From Saccostrea echinata (lineage: Eukaryota), in the NCBI RefSeq assembly GCF_033153115.1, contig NW_026889769.1, positions 3,720,001 through 3,784,000 of the forward strand: a stretch of 64,000 nucleotides of DNA, read 5' to 3'. The notes under the pieces are model-generated. The model made no database searches and was not told the DNA's origin. It saw only the letters and a list, made by a program, of their open reading frames with translations. A program made the translations under genes and the position numbers. Shown here piece after piece: positions 36,894 to 49,814 of the stretch; position 1 is the stretch's first letter, and each line of letters starts with the position of its first letter.

Positions 36894-39084
36894 ATGAAAG
36901 GACCTATTAACATCCTGGTATTGGGGAAGGAAGGCGTCGGCAAAACAGGTAAGTTCTGTAACTCATTTACATATACGACTTGGTGAATAGCGTCATCAAA
37001 TTTAAAAATTTAAGACATAATTAAGTCGTAAGAATTGAGTCTATGTGAAAATTTCAATCAATAATAAGCTGTTATTTGTGTATAATATGGCTGGATTGTG
37101 TCTTCATTCACAATGATTTTCTTCTTCATTTTAACAGCCATTGCCAATATAACCCTTATTAATAATTGAAGTAAAAAAAATATTTTGAGAATAAGATTCA
37201 CGATATGGTATTGATATGTACACTAGTAACAGTAGTTGAACTTGAACTTTGAACCCACTCAGTTCAGAGTCAATAAATGACATCACATACATTTCAATTA
37301 CATTTTTTAAATTCTCATCATAAAAAATTCGTATGTTTTTCTTGGTGTTCTTCAGTTAAATACTCCACAAAATTCGCAACAAAACACTATGCATTCAATT
37401 AAATGTATAGATGAAAAAATATACTAATTGGTACAAGAAAAAGAAATATTTTCCACCCATCAACGAAGGCTAGGGCCGTCCTATCGTCTCGTTACAACAT
37501 CAAATGCAAGCGAGCAACAACATTTTGACACTAATTAAGCATGTTAGGAAATGTTGTTCATTGAAAACTTTTAGACATTAATTAGATCATGATGAGTGAC
37601 GATGAGACTCGATGTATTAATTGACAAAAAATTAAAGTAACGATTACCCATTTCTCTTGTCCTAAGGTATGGGGATACGTAACATTTCAGAAATGCATAC
37701 AAAATCCATCATTTTCTAAGACTTGATGTGATTTTGGAAGAAATAATTACAAATATTCCCGATAGGTTTAAAGCAAGTTTGATTCTTATGTCGAATTCAA
37801 GAACTAAATCCATCGATCAGGAGAAAAAAAATCAAGATACAATCTGTGTAATGAACAATATTCTCTACTAATTGGCGACAGTGCGCCACCAGGGAGATCT
37901 AACTGGAACCTTAATACGGTAGATCTACTCTGCATTCTCTTACACATTGCTGGGGAGCTGAAGTTAAACCTAATACTCTACTAAAATAATCAAATCTCGC
38001 AGAAAGAAAATATTTAAAATCTATCAGACGAATTAGTCAGTACATGTGGAATCAGTGTGTAACCATAGTTAAAATCAAAAACAACCTTCAAGTTGAATTA
38101 TTCTTATACCTAAAATGGTAAAACATCCAAATTCAGCTAATATATACAAATTGTGCCAATGGAAAAAAAACAACAACAAAAAAACGGCCGCTATATTTCA
38201 CAAATAATAATGAAGAAAACTCCAAAATGAAAGATGACAATTAACAGTGAAATTTGAACCTGGGTATAATATTATTTGAATCAAATGTAACGGAAATCAA
38301 CATATTTCACAGAAAGAGGATTATTGAAAAGTTTTACAGCATTTTTAAATAGCTATGATAAATAAAATCAATAGCATCACTGATATTATCGATTCATTAA
38401 TTAACGTTCCGAATACTGTATACAGGGCTATTTTCGCACCGTGTTATTATCGGCCTCTCACACTTGCAAATAATATACCCCGTTTTAAATTCGCCCAATC
38501 ACAGTTCTTTTTAAGAAATTGAACTGTGTTTTTTTTAATTCGCCCCTTTTTAAATTCACCCACCTGTGAGTAAGGCGAAAATAAAACGGGGACAAACATT
38601 TCCCTGTATACAGGCAACAGCTGTCGTAATAAAGGTAGACGTACATTAGGTCACAAAAAAATGGAAATTTGAAATACTATAAATTGTACTGAAATTTTTA
38701 ATTTTATGGAACTGTAGAAAACAGGAAATGTTATAAATAGATATTATTCTTACTAAACAATACATTCATCTTAGATAATTATGATAATTTACGCAAGGGA
38801 ACCATCAAAGGTTATAGGGTTAAAGGGCAATATAGAAATATAACGTAATTCACCATACTTTTTGTGACAAAGATATTTAGCATTTTCATTTGAGTCGCAC
38901 TGTTCCAGTAACTGCCTTTGATACAGTGTTCTTCTATAATAAAAATTGATTACAGTAAATAAATCGCCAAGATTATATATGTCCAACAAAAATACCATTT
39001 TTCATTCATACCATTGGTTTTTACTGACACGTGTATATTTTCAGAGTTTGTCGGCACTTTTATGTTTTAAAATAACTTATAATG

Positions 39085-39116
<32 letters not shown>

Positions 39117-42100
39117 CTTTTTAAATGGCCCAGTAAACGAAGATTCGGGGGCATTTAGTTTTTGCTCTGTCTGTCTGTCTGTTTGTCCGCAAAAACTTTA
39201 ACCTTGCCTTAACTTTTAATTGGTTAGAGCCAGGGCCTTCATATTTCACTTGCCTGTTCCATGTGACAAGACCTTTCTTTGGGTACCAACATATTTAACT
39301 TCCTGGCCTTGACCTTGGAGTTTGACCCACTTGCAAACTTGTATATTCCTTGTGATAAGACCTTCCTTTGGATACAAATACTCTTGACCTCTTACCTTGG
39401 AGTTTGTCTTACTTTTGAAAAACCTGAACATTGGCCTTATGATTTGAATGGTTGGAGCTAAAGCATGTGTATTTCTTGTGACAAGACCTTCTCTTGTTTG
39501 CAAATAATTGACTTTTGAGTTTGACATACTTAACATTACCCATGGCCATACATGTAACTTTTAACGGTCAATGCTAGGGCTTTCATATTTCACATGTTTA
39601 TTCCTTGTGATGAGACCTCTTTTTGGGGGGATACCAACATTTTTTTATCTCTTCATCTTGGAGTTTGCCTTGCATTTGAGATACTTTAACTTTCGACATG
39701 AGCTACCATATGGGGGCATTAGAATTACACAAACATTTTTTGTAGTTTAACATACCTTTATTCTTTGAAAAAAAAATACGTGAGTCAATCACTTTAGAAA
39801 TATAGTTTTTCGTTTGTGACAAGATAATTTCAGTTTGGCAAAGTTAAACTAAATTTGGACGTAAAACCAACTTTTCCCCTGAAATTTTTAGTGCAAACTC
39901 TCTCGGGACAAATCGTACTTATTTCTTAATTTTAAAAAAGCAGTTATCACTAGTAACGTATTATTGTCTCGAACAAGATTTGAACAGTACGTGTAAACAG
40001 AAATTTACTATTTTTAGAAATCAAAGGGCTTAATGTTATTTTTATTAGCATATTATCAAAGAAATATACATATATTTTGTGTGTGAAGTTGTCTTAGTTG
40101 TAAAGTCGATAAAAACACACAGGATTCAGATGTTAACACGTCAGATCTTTAACCGATCTGAAAATATTTCAAATAAAACTGCCAGGTTCTTATCATGATG
40201 AGTGTTTTATTGGACAAAAAATTTCGGCTTTATTGACTGAAATGTGAATATAGAAAGAGGAAACGATATCATCCAAACGAATTTGAAATAATCTGAGATT
40301 TTATGCACAGCTTTTAAATGTTTGTATACATCAGGTTTATTAACGTTTTAATTCCAGTGACGGATTAGGAGTACCCTACAACCCTACGCTCTAAAATCAA
40401 GAAAGTCGTGTAAAAAAATTGTGTCATTAAACTGATAACTACAGGTATTTTGAGTTTCTGTCGTCGTTTATTTTGCTCGCAAATTTGAAATCCTGGATCC
40501 GCCCCTCTGTATTTAACAGTTTGGAATTTAAAAAAAAATCCCCCTTTTGCACACATATCGGTAATATCAGTACTGAATTTCCCACACTTACATTTACCAT
40601 GCACTCCAGATATAAAGTACCATATAAGGTGTAAATTAGATATGACACCTATATTTATGCCGCTATCACCATACTGGTACACTCTGTCTGTTCTTACACC
40701 ACTTTCTGTCATCTATATTTACTATATTAGTAATTCCTAAATTGACAAGTTCTTAAATTCCATTTGGGTTCATTCTATGGTATATTTATGTAATTACAAG
40801 AAAATTAGAAATCCAATATTTATTAAGTTCTGTAAAGTTAGAATCACTTTAATATATTAATTTTGTTTCACTGCATTAACATAATATGCCTTTTTTAAAG
40901 CTAGGTAATTAAGATTAATTAAAGATAGAGATTTAATTTTAAAAATATCGATGTTTAGGAAAAATGATTTGATCTAGATGATTTACCAAAGTATATATAC
41001 GTATATATGTATGCTTTCCACACTATTGTTATGATATTTATGTTAAATTTTGTCATTAGACGTAAGCACTGTCTTATTGTAGGACCGTAGAACGTATGCG
41101 CCGGGGGGTGGGGGGGGGGGGGGTCCGATATAGTATTCTGCTATAGTAAATTTTCAATTAGATGCTAATCCCCCCCCTTCCCCGTTTTTTGTTGTTGTTG
41201 TTACTGTAAGCTCGAGCACTGGTAAATTCCATGATTTGGGTAGTTATTTTGGAAGGTTGGCCCCTCCACTTTTGAAACCGTTGCTACGGGTCAGTATTGC
41301 TGTATAGTTGATTTATTATCATCTAATCTCGGCTTCTATTTCTTTGCGTTGCACTTTCCTGTTTTTATTGATGAAGAAAATTCTATGATTGGAATCGAGG
41401 TATATTTATAGTATAAAGGTAAAGGCTACTAATCACTTGGAGGTTTATTTCAATAATTCCAATTTTCTTCCTAGACATTCGCCTGTTTACAAAATCTTGT
41501 TTATTTAACGAAACCTGTTCTGATAAAAGTTGAGCCTCTGATAAGTTAATTGTAAATATTCCGATTAATGCTGTCAGCTTGAAATACAATGAACTTTTTG
41601 TTGAGTGAAGCTTCATTCTAAATTCTCTTTTATTCAGATAAGAAAGACATATTCAATATCCCAACGATAATTTTAGTCGGTAGGTAAAGAGAAACGTGAG
41701 AACATGATACACAAATTGAAATTTATTGTTGTTTTGATCCAGAGATGTATCCCGAGTAACCCTGAGAAGATTTCCTGTAAATATCTTACTGATATCTTGA
41801 TAATTAAAAAGAGCCCAGTTGTGAGCTGTAATAATCGTTCACGATTCTGCCATCAGTGGGTATCACCTGTATATAAAAATAATGTTCTCATTGAAGTAGC
41901 AAATCCATATACCAAAGTATAAACATTTTTGTACATCTATTTTTTTGGAGAAAATCATTCGATATGTACATAGGACTGTTTTATATAGTTTTCATGGGGA
42001 CCTTGTTTCATCTGAGATTTTTTTTTCACCCAGACTATTTATGAAGTAATTAGTGTAGCAGAAAATAACATGTGTTTTAAATTTTTCGCCGAGTGCCAAT

Positions 42101-45100
42101 ACATCTCCATCAGTCGTTATTTTCGGTAACTGATTGATGTTCTTAATATTTTCTCACAATCCTGACAAGAGGGAGTCATGAACTTTCATACTCTCTAGTT
42201 TTAATGGTCCCCTCGACTTTCAAGATGAAGAAGACGTTAAAAAATATTAGATATATTTATCAACTAAAAGAGTATTTTGCCGTAAAAGAAACGTGACATG
42301 CTTGTTTCGTATTGAAAAAAAGTATTTCAAATAGAATTTTTCTCGTGAATGAGGTAACATAAGGATTGAGCATTTCAACAGACTGAAATCAAATTAGAAA
42401 GAACATTAACTGATTTCTTCTTTTGAGAATAATTGAGAGGTTCTTTTGTTAATGCATTTTCATTCACTCCTGTTTTGAAGTTGGAATTTTATTTGTGTAG
42501 GAAACATTTGCTTTGTAATTAGAAACATCTAGAAGTGATATCTGATGAAAAAGCAATAAACATTTATCTAAACGGTGATGAATAGTACGTTAATTGTCAA
42601 CATCTGCAGTAAAAACTAATATTATGTGCTATCCAAACATTTTCTATTTGTTTATTAGATGAAAACAAAAAATAAGAGAATCTAGTGCTCTGATTAAGAG
42701 TTTTGTCAATAAATTGTGTAAAGTTAATTGAAGTAAATGTTATTTCTTCAATCTTCTAAACATTTTTGTTAACATGTTTTTGTACAAACAGTTCCAGAGG
42801 TCATAAGGGAAAAAGAGAAAAAAAACCGAACTAACTTCAAGCCATCGTAAAAGTTTAAATGAATACTTTCAATAGCTTTGGCTTATCAATTTTTATTTTA
42901 TTCATAACCTTTTCCTTATTTACTTATACTAATTCAGTAATTGATTATTTCAGCTATTGTGGTGCGCTTTTTGACTGGAAGATATCTAAGTGAATACGCA
43001 TCTCTGGAGGAAGTGACGTATGAAAGAAATGTCACAGTTGATGAAAAGCAAGTGTCGATTAAAATAACAGACGTTGCAGGGAAGGTATGTTAAAAAAATA
43101 TATAAATCAACAAATAATTTTTTTTCTTCAATACATAGAAAATAAAAAAAAAAATAGTGGCTATCATCTTATCTTAATTAATAAAAGTATTTTCTGTGGA
43201 TAAAAACCAAAATTTTGTAACAGCAGTCAACTAATTTAGCGTAACGAATAATTATAACGCCAAAATATATCTTTAATCGCTAAGTAAAGTACATTTCAGA
43301 CTGGAATCAGATCACTAGGAGATATAATCCACAGTATTTGAAATACTCTGCGTAAAGGATTTCATCTTTAAGACACAAATATCGTGTTTCGCGATTAAGC
43401 TGTCGGAAGCAAGTCTCTAACTGCAACCTTCTCACTGTACATATATTTGTGTTTACGTTTTATAATATTTATCTATAATTAAAAGCCAAGAATTTTTAAG
43501 CTGTAAAGATTTAGTGGAGATTCCTCTTGTTTATCCGATTTTTTAAAGCCTTTGATATAAAAATGTTTGCTCTTTTATTAAGAATAATAGTATTGGTGTC
43601 AAAATTTTTCACCTTTGTTTAAAAGAATGTCGATTCTTAATCTCTTTTGGCTTTGGCTTAGACTTCTTTTCACAGTGAAAAAGATAACTGACATATTAAG
43701 GGCATTTTCAAAGTATTAATTGTTACGTTTACAGAACCTGGACAGGAAGTCGACCTCAAGGGATTGGTTGCATAAAATAGATGGCGCTGTGATCGTTTAC
43801 TCCGTGACAGACCGGAACAGTTATGACATAGCGGAAGTCGTCATGGATTGGCTGAGGAAAGAAAAGAAACCAAATCAGATTATTCCAATGGTCTTGTTAG
43901 GAAACAAATGTGATTTAGAACATTCCAGGTTCTTACAACTTTATGGAAGTCAGAGTCTAACCTTGAATTTGCAAAGAGTACTTGGATACAATTCCTTGAA
44001 CTCGCATTCTAGCAGTGCTTTCTCCTGTGCTACATTGCATTCGAAACATTTTCCAAACATTTTGCTTAATTCTGCAGACGTTTGACAAATATTTATAATT
44101 TAGAAGTCATACATTATCGTGTTTATTTAGTCGTGAATATACGATGAATCAATTCAGAGGAACATATGCAACATCTTCAAATATCATTTACAGCAATTTA
44201 GAAACATACTCATCGTCTGGTTAAATAAACCTGATTGATCAATCTTAACATAAACATATTAACCTTACCACACAAGCAATTTCTTTAAAATGATATAGGT
44301 TATGACTTGCCCCCCCCCCCCCCCATCCCGACCTCCAGTCCATTGACAATAAATCCATTCTACATACTCCAAACTTATTTGAATTTAAGACTACCTGACA
44401 TATGTGTATTATGACGTAACCCTACATGTGGCCAGGGCTCCCCTCTAACACTCTTCATGTTTTCCTTTTCAGAACTGTAACAAAACAACCAACAGAGGAG
44501 TTGGAATGGCGAACAGATGGATTAATGTTGACGGAATGTTCGGCCTCTGCTAATACGGAGAACATTAAATGCGTGTTTCACGAGCTCATTAGAAAGGTAC
44601 TGTATCTCCTTCTATTCTTTCAGTGCTGTGTGTTAGCACAAAAATTATTGTACTCTAAGTTATTGGTACGGGTATTAGATCAGTAAAACACTTTAATTCA
44701 CCTACAAGTTCGTTGTCCAAGGCTCGGATTTTTCATACGAGTTACCCTTCAAGTGTTTGAATAGGTTATAATAGTTCGAAACGCATACTTTCAGAATCTT
44801 GGACTAAATGATTGCGTTAGCAGCACTTCGTTTAAATTCTTATAATAAGTCTTATTTCCCTTGCAATATATTTTTTATCTGAGAATTTAAAGGTTTTCTT
44901 TTTTTGGTTGTTTGTCATGTATCATCGATACAAAACCTAATGAATTTACACATGTGACATTGACCTTTCACTGCTTTGAGTTATAATTCTTTGATCAAGG
45001 TTACTGGACATTCCTAAAGCAGGGAAATTAAATACGTAATGTATTACTCTTTGATGCACAGACTGCCTTATCACACAAGGTCTCCCACAGAAGAGACCCT

Positions 45101-45375
45101 TTTAAATTTTAACAGGGTTTTCATGCAATCACTGCTTTACTCATTAAATTTGTTGTTTATTTACTTATTTTTGTTTTGGTGCATTGTAACTTGTTTTAAT
45201 ATTTCTGAATTGTATCAACTATCTGCATTACTTACAGATAAGTGAAAAAAGGGATTCGTCATCGAAAGCACAACGAAAACTTTCTCATGCACAGATTGGA
45301 TCTCCGAAATTAATTCGAGCGTCATTAAGGAGACGTTTTAGTGTGTTTACTCGAGAGCGAACCTCTACTATGTGA
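36894..45375 (+). CDS. RERG/RERGL/RASL-like Ras-family small GTPase, 5 exons, ~213 aa, no CAAX box
   Basis: Exons 36894-36948 (MKGPINILVLGKEGVGKT), 42954-43084 (AIVVRFLTGRYLSEYAS...DVAGK), 43735-43928 (DGAVIVYSVTD...LLGNKCDL), 44473-44596 (ECSAS...VFHELIRK), 45238-45375 (...RRRFSVFTRERTSTM*). All introns GT-AG and in frame; G1, G4 and G5 motifs present. Confidence 0.88.
38417..38612. mobile_element. Tc1/mariner-type MITE in the first intron of the GTPase gene
   Basis: CTGTATACAGGG...CCCTGTATACAG inverted ends preceded by TA, with TTCGC repeats. Confidence 0.6.
39138..39740 (-). repeat. Helentron-type element of the ~146-bp unit family
   Basis: (GTCT)n, GACCTTGGAGTTTG units and GGGGGCAT...CACAAACA end, as in 14901-15889. 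Confidence 0.7.
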
Positions 45376-46549
45376 AACAGGAAAGCCAGGGTATACTTAT
45401 GAAGTGACAGTTAATCAACAGAGATTCACTCGGATTTGAGAATTAACAGGGTCTCTCTACTTACTAGTATTAAATTACGAAGTTACACTTTCCTCACAAT
45501 TCTTGAATACCACAAAGAAGGAAGGACATTCCAATTCAAAAACACTTTAAATTTCATTTGGAGAATTATAAAGTGTGAATGTTGACGAGTACATGCAAGT
45601 ACGAATATTGATTCATTTTATTAATTATCTATTGTATGACATGTACATGTGCAATGAAAAGTATTTATTCTGAAAACTCATTGACAGTGTGTATTGTTAT
45701 CCTTCTTATTTACATGAATATAATCTTCCTGTTTATTCTAATCTACTCTAGTTTACAATCGCCATTCATTCTGATGCCTTTACATTTATAATTTGCACAC
45801 ACACACACACACACACCCACACACACACACACAAATGTTTTTCTTTAGAATAATATGTATGGAAAATGTGATACACACGGAAATATTTTTTTTACGTGTT
45901 CACCTTAAGTGCAAAGCATGTCTGAATCTAGACGTTAACCTAAAATATTCTATCCACTAGCCAAGTTTTTTTCTTCAAATAAATAAATGATATGCACTAT
46001 TTCAAACAATTTTATTATAATTCAAGACAAAATTTAAGGTAGTACACTAATAATGGCACTATCGCTCTTGGAACGAGCGTGGAAACGAAAACAATAGGGT
46101 AACGATGCGAAGGAGAAGAGGAGTCTATATGCGAGGGCTACAACTCGTGTACATGTACTTAAAATACAACTGATGGTAATCTCGCTCCAGCGTCCTTTTG
46201 TGGTACCTCTCGCTACCCCATTCTGTTGCTCCCACATTCTCGCTCTATAGCCCTTACGGCAATAAACCAGGTGCATGTAGCCCCATCAGTTTATCAGGAG
46301 AAAGTATGCATTTAATGTTTTATAAATACTACAAAAGGCTGTATGTAGCATGACTGCTATGTTTAATATAATAGTTTTCATAAAAGAATACATGACATTT
46401 CCACAACTCTTTATTAATTGAGAGTTTAATGAGATTTTTGCCAGTAAATTGAATTTGTGGTTTAATTTCACGGATTAAACTATAAGAACAATTCATAATA
46501 CTACAGTATATAGCGTAATAATTGCTGCCGAGAAGAAATGGAACACCAT

Positions 46550-48916
46550 CTATAAAACTTCTAAATTTGATGGACCTCCTGGTGCGTCGACCTCTCTGGA
46601 GGGATGACAATATGCATGTATGATTCTTTTGATTTCCTGCGACTGACTGTGATGCCTTCGTTTCTTAAACATGGAACACGAGTCTCCTAAAACCTTTGGT
46701 ACAAGACATACAATAATTGTGGCTGCAGCTTGTGTAAGTATACTTAAGTTCTTAGAGGCGGAAAATTCAAATAAGAGATCCACAGAAATATATAAAATAA
46801 GAACAATAACGCTGAGTTTTAACAAGGAGATAAAAATCTGCTGTCTTATTGGTCTGTACTTCTTCACAATTAAAAAGAAAAGATCTTTCGGGATGCCTTT
46901 GCATTCTTCCTCCCTTTTGAACAAAGATGTGTCTGGATATTGACCATACTTGTGTATTTTCTTGCATATTTTTCTGGTATGCAGGAATATATTATCGTAA
47001 ACCTTAGAAATGTCATTAAGACTGTCGAACATGTACATAAGGACCGTAAAAGAAAATATAAGGTATCCGTACGTTACCTCTGGATGGGCAAATAGTCCAG
47101 TGTATGTATACACAAACACTCCACAAATGAAGACGAAGCTATCGACAAAAATTATACTGAACATGTAATTGCTAAATGCCACAAAACAAAACGCAAAAAG
47201 ACAGCATATGATTTTTAATGGGACACAGATATCTAGATCCCGCCAAGGTGCAATAACGTATGCGCGTGCTATTGTCATAATGAAACTAATCAATGGAATT
47301 CCATAAAGCAAAAGGCATAACGCTAGTTCCAAAACAGAAAACAAAACATACAGAGGTGCTATGAAAAGAAATATTCTTCCGATAAATGCTGATTTCCTCC
47401 ATGCGTTAAGACTGTACTTATTCCAGCGCCTGATCTGTGTGATTACAGCAAATTTCCAAAAAGATGGATTCAGAACCATAAAAAATTGCGATAAGAAGAA
47501 ACGGAATATTTTTTCATATCCATTAATAGATTCCGTTGTTTTCATGGCACCAAATTTCACTCGAACAAATGCATCAACTTTCAGAGGAGATGTGATTTTA
47601 TTTTTGTTCTCAACTAATCCTTTTGCAAGAAATGTTGCCAAATCGGAGGGAACGCATGTACTTAATATGAAACACACGGCATATAGCAAACATGCTAGAA
47701 AAGGTCCCCCGAACACTCGAAGAAAATTTTTACTGCTTAACTCGTATCCCGCTAACATAGACTGAAAATCATTGGGCACACCTTTTTTTACACTTGCAAC
47801 TATATCGTTGTATTGCATGAGTCCATGCAGCAGTACCTTCAGAGCGATGATTGATATACTTACGAAAAAGAAAGTGATTCTAACAATTCTGGAAGTCCAA
47901 ATCGGGCATTTTACACAACAATATTTAAAAATACTCGTCACAATGGTTCCAATATGTATAGGATTGTAGAAAATCCAACTTTCCTTCTTTCCAATTAATC
48001 GAATATGACTTTCCATATCACTGCTTGGAAAGTTTTGGAGTTCATGATAATTAGATCTACCACTGTGTGTGATTTCATGGACGTATTTCAGTAACCACAC
48101 TAGAATAAGAGGAAAATACATGTATAAAACCAGACCAAGAACAAATGGTAACTTCCAGCCGATTTTTCTGTATTTCAGGTATGTTCCAGAGCACTCCAAG
48201 ATTCGTGTCTTCTCCAAGAAATTCCACTTCCAACGACAACATCGATAACCCATTGCTTCCAGGGGACAAATGACATTGAGGCAGAGCAAATAAAGTGCAT
48301 GGCTCTTAATGAATATGCGTTCTCTGTAACACCAGTAGCTCTGATTATAATTCTCCACCATGTCGTTAACATCGCCATCTTTAGTATAAGATACAAGATA
48401 ATCTGTAAGATTGGCTAGAGCTAAAGAAATCCGCTGTGTTGTCTCGTTGGCGCCATATTGGATTTGACAGTTTCCATTAACTCTTAATGGAACAGAAAAA
48501 TTTTCCAGAGCGTATACATCTAAGAGACCAAGAGACCAGACCCGGTATCCTAACGGCCAGTTTAGGTATTGCCTCGAACCTTTGGGTCCAGGAAATGTCC
48601 ATGTCCATTTGTTGCCTTGTATAACACATTTTGTTTCATTGATTTGATGACGGGGAACGTTCTCAAAGCGGAGCGCAAAATTTACAAGACTATATGAGTG
48701 CTGTGCAACTTCGTGAAGAAACCTTTCCTTGGTTGATGCTGACACAGAAAACCAACATGCGGAGTCTACTCCACTAGAGTATGGGTAAGTGTAGTCCCAG
48801 TATGGACAAACATCTGTATTTCCGGGAGTTACTTGTGTCCCTTCACTTGCGTCCTCTTCAGCTAAGGCTGCCTGGAGGACTACCAAACTACAAATTATGT
48901 GGTAGATTTTTTTCAT
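46550..48916 (-). CDS. Uncharacterised intronless 788-aa membrane protein: signal peptide, Cys/Trp-rich ~230-aa ectodomain, ~9-10 TM helices
   Basis: Long uninterrupted ORF in AT-rich DNA. MKKIYHIICSLVVLQAALA|EE signal peptide; hydrophobic stretches such as LPFVLGLVLYMYFPLILVWLL, VFGGPFLACLLYAVCFIL, YGYLIFSFTVLMYMF and IFISLLKLSVIVLILYISV. Confidence 0.85.
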   Translation of the reverse strand: MKKIYHIICSLVVLQAALAEEDASEGTQVTPGNTDVCPYWDYTYPYSSGVDSACWFSVSASTKERFLHEVAQHSYSLVNFALRFENVPRHQINETKCVIQGNKWTWTFPGPKGSRQYLNWPLGYRVWSLGLLDVYALENFSVPLRVNGNCQIQYGANETTQRISLALANLTDYLVSYTKDGDVNDMVENYNQSYWCYRERIFIKSHALYLLCLNVICPLEAMGYRCCRWKWNFLEKTRILECSGTYLKYRKIGWKLPFVLGLVLYMYFPLILVWLLKYVHEITHSGRSNYHELQNFPSSDMESHIRLIGKKESWIFYNPIHIGTIVTSIFKYCCVKCPIWTSRIVRITFFFVSISIIALKVLLHGLMQYNDIVASVKKGVPNDFQSMLAGYELSSKNFLRVFGGPFLACLLYAVCFILSTCVPSDLATFLAKGLVENKNKITSPLKVDAFVRVKFGAMKTTESINGYEKIFRFFLSQFFMVLNPSFWKFAVITQIRRWNKYSLNAWRKSAFIGRIFLFIAPLYVLFSVLELALCLLLYGIPLISFIMTIARAYVIAPWRDLDICVPLKIICCLFAFCFVAFSNYMFSIIFVDSFVFICGVFVYTYTGLFAHPEVTYGYLIFSFTVLMYMFDSLNDISKVYDNIFLHTRKICKKIHKYGQYPDTSLFKREEECKGIPKDLFFLIVKKYRPIRQQIFISLLKLSVIVLILYISVDLLFEFSASKNLSILTQAAATIIVCLVPKVLGDSCSMFKKRRHHSQSQEIKRIIHAYCHPSREVDAPGGPSNLEVL

Positions 48917-49483
48917 AACGAATCGTATTTCTTGGTATTAAGTCAAATAATGACACTATTAACTTCCTTTTTCTAGATTCTTTAAACACTTTACTGTTCA
49001 AGTATGCGTTTCAACAGCGATAATTCGGTCGCTGATTCATTTAACGTCCAGGAAATTTTTGTTTGATACGGATGATAGCCATTATTACATCCTTTATCGA
49101 ATATGGGAACTTCCCTGTAGGAAAAAAATCTAATTAGTCCCGCCTTTTACACACCCAAAATGATTTAACAAAAATGTCATATTGGAAGTACTTATATATA
49201 TGACAAGTAAGGAAAAACTCACCATATTTTAAACCATTAATGAATTATTCTTCCTCAGTACAGAAATTTGAACAAGTCCCTACATTATTTATTACAAGAA
49301 TCCCCTTTAAGCTACATTGACAATCCAGGAAGTTTACGACCCCAAGAGGATATTTTAAATCAAATAAGATTCGTAACACCCGAACCAATACATCAGTGTG
49401 CAATTATTTCTCTTATTTTATATATAAATCTTTCATTGCATTATAGTTTTACTAAAATTTAAATTATCCAATGAAATGCTAAT

Positions 49484-49741
49484 CATAGATGTGTCGTAAC
49501 GCCACAAATGCCCTCGCCGGCAGCCAAAATTTCAAATGCCATATTAGTTTTAAATTTGTATTCGAACTTGACCTGTATTTTCTGGTAAAATACCTGCATA
49601 TGCAATTTCAACCTTTTGCATACATCCCTACAAAAGTTAGAGAGCGAAAACTGAAAATTTCTTATTTTTTCTAAGTTCAAGAGGGATAACTCTGTCAAAA
49701 ATCATCGCAGCATGACCAAATTCAAACTTGACCTGCGTATT

Positions 49742-49814
<73 letters not shown>

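Noticed and set aside
46671-48396. Short ORFs overlapping the 788-aa gene (and similar ones over the C1QBP and ankyrin genes)
   Set aside because: Antisense or alternate-frame shadows of real coding sequence.
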